Assembly (NCBI GenBank): GCA_963801355.1
Contig: CAWDEM010000008.1
Coordinates: forward strand, 1,344,001-1,408,000
Source: Ignavibacteriota bacterium
Lineage (GTDB): Bacteria > Bacteroidota > Ignavibacteria > UBA10030 > UBA6906
DNA length: 64,000 bases
Reading direction: 5' to 3'
How positions within the stretch are numbered: the stretch's first letter is position 1; each line of letters begins with the position of its first letter. The position numbers and the translations under genes were made by a program. This document shows positions 57,952 through 64,000 of this stretch, piece by piece. The notes beneath the pieces were generated by a model, which was given only the letters and a program-made list of their open reading frames with translations, made no database searches and was not told where the DNA came from.

Positions 57952-58038
57952 GGCGGAACGATCGGCATGCCGGTCGGCGGTGCCTTTTGTTACGATCCTC
58001 CTTTTGTGTAGCTCATGCGGCGGCCGGGTGCGGTCACT

Positions 58039-59337
58039 CTATTCCCGTGCCGTGCGGGCGCGGTATCGTAAGAGGGCTTCAAGGAAGTAGTAGTCGGCAA
58101 AGATTGCGGGCACGTCCACATTGGTGTTGGCCGGAAGAAAGTGTACCGAGTGCTCCAGAAGGCAATTGGTGTTCACACCGGCCGCAAAATATGGCGGGCA
58201 GCAGAGCGATGTCATCATTGCCTCGGCTTCCTCCCGGTACCGTTGCCTGAGAGAAGCGTTCTCGACATAGTCGATCATTTCAAAAAGAGCCGAGGCGGCG
58301 ATGCAGGCGGCCGAGGCATCCCGGTACCGGACATCGGATTGAAAATCCCAGTTTGCAACACGGTCCTCCGGCAGATGACTCAAGAAATAATCTGACAACT
58401 TCATCGCCATCGCCAGGAAGCGCGGATCCTCTGTATAGCGATACGCGATCACCATCCCGTACATCCCCCAGGCATGTCCTCGCGACCATGTCGTTTCGTC
58501 CCCCGCACCCTGCAGTGTCCCCTTGTTGAGGACCTTGCCGGATTTCTTATCGTAGCGTACGATATGATACGTACCGCCGTCCGGACGAATGAAGTCACGA
58601 CACGTCGTCATCGCGTGTGCGAGCGCGATGTCTGCATAAGAAGAAGGCCCACCGTTCTGAGAAGCCCAGAAAAGGATCTCAAGATTCATCATGATGTCAA
58701 TGAGGACGGGGAACGAGTTCTCACTGTTGACCAGATCCCAGTTTGACTGCAGGCAGCCGATCCTTGGATCATAGTGCTTGGCCAATGTGTTTGCGGCGTT
58801 CAACACGATTTCACGGTAGTTGCTGTATGCCGGCCCTTTCCCCAGGCGAAGCCCGTTGCCGTAGCTGCACATGAACTTGAAACCCAGGTCGTGCGTTTCG
58901 CGGTTGGACTTCTCCTGTGCGAGGGATTCTGTCCACCGGCGCGCCCATCGTTCAAACCGGGCATCGCCGCTGATTTCGTACGCGTACCATAGGCAACCCG
59001 GGTAGAACCCGCTTGTCCAGTCGTCGGACCGTTTGACGATCCATGCAAGCTGAGGTGTTGCATACGTGGGAAAAAGGGTGCTGTCGTTGACCTCAGCGAC
59101 GCTGTGTTCCAGACGAATCAAAGAGGTCTTGAGAGCGTGATCCACGAGGCTGTCCAGAGGTCCGCCCGGGGGGGCAGGCTGCGCAAGGGCGGTTGCAGCG
59201 AGGACGACTGTCGCGATGCAGACAGCAATGAACGTGTGCCTGCGCGAATCGCCGAAATTGGCAGCCGTAGTGAAGACGGCGAAGGTGCGCCTGTGCGGTT
59301 GCCCGAAGGGAGAACCCACGTTCTCGTTACGTCGCAT
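58039..59337 (-). CDS. GH88 unsaturated glucuronyl hydrolase
   Basis: WTSGFYPG, THDLGF, IDIMMNL, WSRGHAW, DASAA, ADYYFLEAL, with an N-terminal signal. Confidence 0.92.
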   Translation of the reverse strand: MRRNENVGSPFGQPHRRTFAVFTTAANFGDSRRHTFIAVCIATVVLAATALAQPAPPGGPLDSLVDHALKTSLIRLEHSVAEVNDSTLFPTYATPQLAWIVKRSDDWTSGFYPGCLWYAYEISGDARFERWARRWTESLAQEKSNRETHDLGFKFMCSYGNGLRLGKGPAYSNYREIVLNAANTLAKHYDPRIGCLQSNWDLVNSENSFPVLIDIMMNLEILFWASQNGGPSSYADIALAHAMTTCRDFIRPDGGTYHIVRYDKKSGKVLNKGTLQGAGDETTWSRGHAWGMYGMVIAYRYTEDPRFLAMAMKLSDYFLSHLPEDRVANWDFQSDVRYRDASAACIAASALFEMIDYVENASLRQRYREEAEAMMTSLCCPPYFAAGVNTNCLLEHSVHFLPANTNVDVPAIFADYYFLEALLRYRARTARE

Positions 59338-59384
59338 GGCGGCGACCTTTCATAATGCCGTAGCAACCTCTATGCTCTACAAGG

Positions 59385-60233
59385 TCAGGCTGAACCGCTG
59401 TTCGATTCGGTTCGCGCGAGAAGACGCTCCAGCTCCCCCACATTCGCGCTGTTTGGATAGAACTGCCCCCACCATCTGGCGCACCTGTTGGCATCAAGCG
59501 GGACTCCTATGACCGGGACTTCAGCTTTCATACACATCCGCATTCCCCGCACCAATTCCGGGATACACGCGATTCCGAGCACTCCTACCGTATTGCCCTC
59601 TTTACGCAATCGTCGAAGCAGCGATCGGAGATTCGCTGTCATCCAGATGTACGGTGTCACGTGATACCAGCGGAGGAATCTGCTGACTCCATTCAGAACG
59701 CAGTCCTTTGAACATCCCTTGCACACATGATCCTCTCCGCGAATGACGGATTGACAGGTGACCGTGACGTCATGCAAGCAGTGCGGCAGAAATGCGAGGC
59801 GCATGTTACAGGCTCGGAATTGTGCCACATTCAGACGATTGACCAATTCCACTTCGAGCATATGGAAATGATACTGTTCTTCGCTGGTGGAGAGCACCCG
59901 GTCCCATCGGTGAGCCAGCGAAAGTCCCTTCAGATGCGACGCAACGTTCAGGGTGTATTGGGAAAGCTGTCCACGCAGAGTCCGGGAGAGAGATGCTTCC
60001 TTCGAACCGTCCGGCGCCCGGAGTGCCAATGATTTGAGGTGACGCTTGCTTTTGCTCTCCTTTCGGACGATCTCCAGTGCATGGCGGAGATCAGTGTTTT
60101 GCTTTAGGAAGTCATCAGCGAGGAGGCGGATGCGGTCGTAGTAGCCATCGCTCTCCCCGTTATCTCCGAGAAGCGAGTACGTCTTCCCTTCACCCGGTCT
60201 GGGCATTGCTATTGAATCGCTGGTCATCTGCAA
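59385..60233 (-). CDS. DUF116-domain Cys-rich protein
   Basis: FLPHCL...C...CKGCSKDC...GIACxxEL...GVPL...C. Confidence 0.8.
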   Translation of the reverse strand: MQMTSDSIAMPRPGEGKTYSLLGDNGESDGYYDRIRLLADDFLKQNTDLRHALEIVRKESKSKRHLKSLALRAPDGSKEASLSRTLRGQLSQYTLNVASHLKGLSLAHRWDRVLSTSEEQYHFHMLEVELVNRLNVAQFRACNMRLAFLPHCLHDVTVTCQSVIRGEDHVCKGCSKDCVLNGVSRFLRWYHVTPYIWMTANLRSLLRRLRKEGNTVGVLGIACIPELVRGMRMCMKAEVPVIGVPLDANRCARWWGQFYPNSANVGELERLLARTESNSGSA

Positions 60234-60364
60234 GTCTCAACCTCAACAACACAACGCCGTTGCCTCACTGAAACCTGATGCACTTACATGACAGGGAAAT
60301 GAGTTCGAAACCGCCACTCTTCCTGCAATGATGACGCCTATGGCTCCGGACACGACCTGTGGCC

Positions 60365-61909
60365 TCAGTTGTAGATCTTGATCTTTGGCCATTCAGCTGC
60401 TACCGAAAACTTCGGACCCCGTGCAACGTAGATGGGTATCTTCTGCTGCGGTCGTGTGCAATACTCGCACGTCTGCACTGCAGCCTCTTGCACGCTTTCG
60501 AATCTCTGCTCGAGATCGCGGCGATTCACGAAGACTCCGATGTAGGTTTTCACCGTATCGGACGGCGGCCCCCAGAGATGATAGCTGTTGTGTGTTGCGA
60601 AGACAGGCGGGAGACCATACTCTTTTCCGTACAGCTCAAGCGCTCCTGCACCGCCGTAGTTTGTGCTGATAATGACTGCATTGCGCTGCTCCTCAGGAGA
60701 GAGCCCCCTGTAGACTCGGGACACTTCTGACGCAAGTTCATGCCATCCGAGCCGGTCTCCCAGCCACTGGGGCAAAGGATCGTTGGTCTTGCCGGACTCA
60801 ATGCTCAGCGACAAGCCGAACGCCGAAATATATTTTTGTGTGGCGGCAGGCGGGAGCAGGGGCGAGAACACCGGAGCACATACCAGAATCCCTGCGACGA
60901 GCACCACGACCATGAGTCCAGTCGCCACCCATCGCATTATCACCCACTGTATCGACTGAATAGCCACCGCCCCTGCGGCGAAGAGGAAAGGATAGATCGC
61001 CGCGATTCTGTCTGGGCGGCTCGACCCGCTCAGTACCATGAAAAGCAAGAGAAAGGGAAAGAGCCAGCCCAAAGACCTGTACCTCTGAGTGTGTTTGGAC
61101 ACAAGAAGGTACACGAGGCCTGCCACCCAGAGAGGAAGTGCGAAGGGATTCGCGAAGATCGCCTGGTCGAGCAGGACGCCAAACGGGGTTCTCTGAATGT
61201 TCTTGTTGACCATTGCATTGCGATAGAATTCCAGTGACGGGAAACCATGAACGGCCTGCCAAACGAGATTCGGAAGTAGCAAAAGGAAGCAGCTCAACAT
61301 GCCCCACACAAACCATCGGCTCCACAGGAGGCGTCTTGCCGGCGTCAGAAGCATGCCGATGACGATGGCAAGGCCGTAGATGGCCGAGGTGTGTTTCAGT
61401 TCCAGTCCGAGCCCCAGCATCACGCCTATAGGAACCCAATAGTGTGGGTTCTCATCTTGCAGCATTCGCAGCGTGAAGTACACGATGATAACGCAGAATG
61501 CAATCTCAAATGCATTCATCGAAAAAAAGCTCCCCATCACAAGACAGACCGGATTCGCAATGACCGCCAGCGATGTCAGGACGACTGCGGACCGGGTCCC
61601 GCCCAACCTGTTGGTGATCATGCATGCCGTGAATGTTGTGACGGCCATCGCAAGTGCCGGCATCAGCCGCAGTGCAGGTAGTGATTCCCCCAAAAGCCGG
61701 CGGCTCGCGGCGAGGAGCAGGATGGAAAGAGGCGGATGATCCACGTAGCCAAAGGCGAGATGATGCGAGCAGGCGATGTAGTAGAGCTCGTCGATGAAGT
61801 ATCCGTAATATGATTGGGTACTCAGGACGAGATGATAGGCCAACAGGCCGAGGGAGAAGAGTGCCGCAATGGCGAGTTCAAGGGGTTGCAGGTGAATCGT
61901 CTTGCTCAT
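60365..61909 (-). CDS. GT-C fold membrane glycosyltransferase (ArnT/PMT-like)
   Basis: DELYY, GYVDHPPL, many TM helices, PNLVWQ, NYGxAGA, HNSY. Confidence 0.88.
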   Translation of the reverse strand: MSKTIHLQPLELAIAALFSLGLLAYHLVLSTQSYYGYFIDELYYIACSHHLAFGYVDHPPLSILLLAASRRLLGESLPALRLMPALAMAVTTFTACMITNRLGGTRSAVVLTSLAVIANPVCLVMGSFFSMNAFEIAFCVIIVYFTLRMLQDENPHYWVPIGVMLGLGLELKHTSAIYGLAIVIGMLLTPARRLLWSRWFVWGMLSCFLLLLPNLVWQAVHGFPSLEFYRNAMVNKNIQRTPFGVLLDQAIFANPFALPLWVAGLVYLLVSKHTQRYRSLGWLFPFLLLFMVLSGSSRPDRIAAIYPFLFAAGAVAIQSIQWVIMRWVATGLMVVVLVAGILVCAPVFSPLLPPAATQKYISAFGLSLSIESGKTNDPLPQWLGDRLGWHELASEVSRVYRGLSPEEQRNAVIISTNYGGAGALELYGKEYGLPPVFATHNSYHLWGPPSDTVKTYIGVFVNRRDLEQRFESVQEAAVQTCEYCTRPQQKIPIYVARGPKFSVAAEWPKIKIYN

Positions 61910-62020
61910 GATACTTCTGATTGATCATGTGGACGCGGTGTATCCGGACAATCGTGTAGACAACTGCACGGAGGTGAGATGATTGTCAGAAGCTCTCGAG
62001 TAGCACAGGCATGAACCATT

Positions 62021-62587
62021 CTAGAATGCAGAAGCCTCGAGCAGGAGTCTTTTCCAAGAATCTTGAACTGCCAGTATTTCCACCCACTTCACGAGATATT
62101 CCACATCCATTGAGCCATACTGAACTTCATAGACACGGAGTGCATCATAGAATTGCTTTTCGCTGCCTCCGGAGAGTTTGGCCCAGCGCAGTTTCGCGAG
62201 GATTGTGTCTTCCGGAGACGAAACAAACAGTCTCACGCCAAGAGCATCCTCATGTCGTCTGCGCGCAAAGCGCGAGACATCGAAGGGATCGCCAGTCAAC
62301 ATCCAGAAATCAACTTTGTCGCCTTCGCTCACCTGCAGTAGATTGAACATTGTCTTATTTCTGATCGCCTCGCGAACGCTCCACTCGTCAAGATAGAACT
62401 CCGGAGAAGGGAAACTCTCCAGTAGGCCCGGGAGTGCCTCTGGCTTCAGATCGACCACCAAATCGATATCGTGTGAGAGCCTGGGTTCACCCTGCATGCT
62501 CGAGGCAAACGAACCTGTCAGCATGTATGCGCAACCGGATCCATCAAGCGCCCGGATAACCTTGGTCAATAGGTCCTGTTGTGACAT
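62021..62587 (-). CDS. Pol-beta-fold nucleotidyltransferase-like protein
   Basis: YMLTGSFAS...PRLSHDIDLVV, KVDFW, SPEDTILAKL. Confidence 0.8.
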   Translation of the reverse strand: MSQQDLLTKVIRALDGSGCAYMLTGSFASSMQGEPRLSHDIDLVVDLKPEALPGLLESFPSPEFYLDEWSVREAIRNKTMFNLLQVSEGDKVDFWMLTGDPFDVSRFARRRHEDALGVRLFVSSPEDTILAKLRWAKLSGGSEKQFYDALRVYEVQYGSMDVEYLVKWVEILAVQDSWKRLLLEASAF

Positions 62588-62781
62588 TTGGTCATGCGGT
62601 CCAGGTATATTCGCCGGATTTCAGTCTCTGGGAGTCCATTGTACCGACGTTGAAGCCCTTCAAAGAAGAGACGTTTGCCCAGTTCAGTGAGGTCGAAAGC
62701 TTTGCGGAGGCGCTGCGCAGGCGTCATTGAGCGCAGCACTTCCAAGTACTGAGCATGGTTTGGATGGGGTTTCGGGTCCAT
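62566..62781 (-). CDS. Small basic partner protein (putative antitoxin)
   Basis: LRSMTPAQRL...GLxRRYxxLxExEIRR. Overlaps the nucleotidyltransferase start; ATG 62781. Confidence 0.68.
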   Translation of the reverse strand: MDPKPHPNHAQYLEVLRSMTPAQRLRKAFDLTELGKRLFFEGLQRRYNGLPETEIRRIYLDRMTKCHNRTY

Positions 62782-62841
62782 AAGCGGAGAAGAGCCGGAA
62801 ATTTGAAGCAATATACCACGAAACTCAAACACATCCAAACG

Positions 62842-63849
62842 CTAGCCTGACGCCGCAGACGCCCACGTGTGGACGTACTCTTCCAGCAAACGCAGATAGA
62901 GCCGATACTGCTCCAGCGAGACACCGGGCGGAGTCTGGTGATCGACACTGGGGATGCATCCGCCCGACCTCGCCAACGGTGTGAGGCGATCGAATTCCGC
63001 ACGCAGCGCCGTTTCACCCCGGGGCATGACCATCTTGTCAAAGTGGCCGACCATGCGCAACGTCGGAAAGGTCTGACGCAGCGTCATGCCGTCGACTCCC
63101 GCCTGCCGCTCCAGAGGAAGCACCCCATGAATTCCCAACGACTGAATCCAGGGAACGAGCCTGGTCACATCACCGTCGGTGTCGATGAATGTCACCATGC
63201 CCATTTCGTTGGTCCGTTCCAGCAGACCGCGGTAGTAGGGTGAAAGAAACTCGTCGCAGATCTCCCGCGATATCATAGGTCCGTTGTTGTACGACATGTC
63301 CTCCGCGACGGTCACAAACGTTGGTTTGCCGACCCTGCCAATCTGGTCCAGTAGCCCCAGATTGAAGTCCAGAAGGTTTTGATTGATCTGATGGATGAGC
63401 TCGGGTTGATCATAGTATGCGAACATGAGCTGGGTGAAACCCATGAGCGTCCGGGGGAACCAGAAGAAGCCCTCAAGGGTAATCCACACCACGGCGTCGC
63501 CTTCTGCCTGGCGCCTGAACCAGGGCAGCATCTGAGCTATTGCTGAGCTGTGATCAGGAAACAGACCGGCGCAAATCCGCCGGTAGTCGTCCATGTTCGA
63601 CACGCAACCTTCCACATGGTGCTGCGTGGCATCTATGGTCGGATCGGTCGTGCTGAACCAGAATTGCTTGTATGGATCCAGACCGAAGTATTCGTGTATC
63701 GCGAACACATCGTCGCCCAGGCGATCGGGAAGGCCTTCGTCTCGCCAGCGCGCGAGAGTCTTGTCCCACCACATCGCCCATTCCCATTTCGGCAGCCGGT
63801 CCACCGGCTGGAAAGCCATCGCTGCTCTGAATCGTTCTACGTGATTCAC
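62842..63849 (-). CDS. Second UroD/MtaA-superfamily protein
   Basis: MNxxERF...VDRLP, RTLMG, EDMSYNNGPMIS, DTDG, GGCIPSVDHQTPP. GTG 63849 is inferred. Confidence 0.87.
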   Translation of the reverse strand: MNHVERFRAAMAFQPVDRLPKWEWAMWWDKTLARWRDEGLPDRLGDDVFAIHEYFGLDPYKQFWFSTTDPTIDATQHHVEGCVSNMDDYRRICAGLFPDHSSAIAQMLPWFRRQAEGDAVVWITLEGFFWFPRTLMGFTQLMFAYYDQPELIHQINQNLLDFNLGLLDQIGRVGKPTFVTVAEDMSYNNGPMISREICDEFLSPYYRGLLERTNEMGMVTFIDTDGDVTRLVPWIQSLGIHGVLPLERQAGVDGMTLRQTFPTLRMVGHFDKMVMPRGETALRAEFDRLTPLARSGGCIPSVDHQTPPGVSLEQYRLYLRLLEEYVHTWASAASG

Positions 63850-64000
63850 GGCGTCAGTATTGTGTGATGTGGTGACAAACCTTAAAACCTTCAATTGCCC
63901 TACAGATAAAGACTTCCAGCCAAAACAGCAACCGTAAATTGATACACTTGTTGATGTGAGACATGCCGGCTACCACACGATCTCAAGTCCCACCACCACA

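Noticed and set aside
57801-58038. Cobalamin or SAM riboswitch upstream of the corrinoid cluster
   Set aside because: No recognisable conserved riboswitch core by eye; a covariance-model search would be needed to exclude it.

Overview
A 64-kb, moderately GC-rich chromosomal window from an FCB-group bacterium, probably Ignavibacteria-like. This is inferred from nine genes ending in a type IX secretion (T9SS) sorting domain of the 'NYPNPFN' type. I saw no rRNA, tRNA, CRISPR array, integrase or transposase. Carbohydrate genes include a GH94 phosphorylase, a GH5/GH42-like hydrolase, GH88, propeller glycosidases, a Tat oxidoreductase/NagB-like/PIG-L/epimerase cluster, and zwf-pgl. There are two blocks of T9SS cargo genes, two nucleotidyltransferase toxin-antitoxin-like pairs, an ECF sigma/anti-sigma operon and a corrinoid/folate methyl-transfer cluster. 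Two signals stand out. (1) A roughly 10-kb locus (32163-42340) encodes a secreted 4xCHRD protein, three monoheme cytochromes c, two cupredoxins, a beta-barrel and a kinase/sigma54 activator. It has two sigma54-like promoters, each with a pair of GTGGCA-N4-TGCCAC-type palindromes exactly 44 bp apart. (2) Several families of short palindromic or repetitive DNA sit in-frame in two loops of the T9SS sorting domain in six cargo genes. Two genes carry single-base frameshifts that may be assembly errors. All family assignments come from recognising motifs by eye; no database search was run.
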